DNA of 64,000 nt from Octopus sinensis (lineage: Eukaryota). Location of the stretch: NCBI RefSeq assembly GCF_006345805.1, contig NW_021833258.1, positions 62,001-126,000 of the forward strand, in the 5' to 3' direction. Shown in pieces: positions 63,731 through 64,000 of the stretch (the first letter of the stretch is position 1; each line of letters opens with the position of its first letter). The notes beneath the pieces were generated by a model. The model made no database searches. It worked only from the letters and a program-made list of their open reading frames with translations, and was not told the DNA's origin. The position numbers and the translations under genes were made by a program.

Positions 63731-64000
63731 ATTATTTTATCAAGTTAATAAGGATATAATGATGACGGAGTTAGACATTGAATATATATTCGAAACGTAC
63801 TAGTTTATCAAAACCATAATGACCATAATTTTACAGTTTTCGACGACCTATTTATTTATGCGAAACAAGTTTTTCTACGCAGCATAATATGAAATATAAC
63901 AAACGTGAAAGCTTGAGATCATTGATGCTAAAATGCGGGTGGATTTGTCAACTATTCAATTTGATATTGACGATATATGCAGCCACAATAATTATTAAGA

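Noticed and set aside
63985-64000. aattattaaga at the window end as another Helitron 5' terminus
   Set aside because: Only about 10 AT-rich bases match, and the adjacent microsatellite is absent.

Overview
AT-rich eukaryotic, almost certainly animal, nuclear DNA that is mostly a graveyard of decayed and nested transposable elements. The elements include hAT (Buster/Charlie and Ac/ZBED types), Tc1, pogo/Tigger, Merlin, Ginger, a Helitron, and four kinds of non-LTR retrotransposon (R4/Dong-like, CRE-like, RTE-like, jockey/CR1-like). The only gene that looks intact is a tRNA-Glu(TTC) at 47029-47100. Three broken, intron-containing copies of host genes sit among the elements: the ATP-sulfurylase half of PAPS synthase, an L-type (Cav1) calcium channel alpha1 subunit, and kinesin-5. 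The most distinctive signal is splicing. I could place 16 spliceosomal introns, all 23-31 nt long, in the host pseudogenes and also inside Merlin and Ginger transposases. That points to a highly derived parasite-type metazoan such as a myxozoan or dicyemid (inference). Other notable structures are a non-autonomous Helitron carrying a ~24-unit, ~93-bp satellite, and a Ginger element with a Buster hAT inserted in its terminal repeat. No CRISPR array, prokaryotic operon or clearly novel system is supported. Family assignments come from recalled protein motifs, not database searches, and boundaries of decayed elements are approximate.
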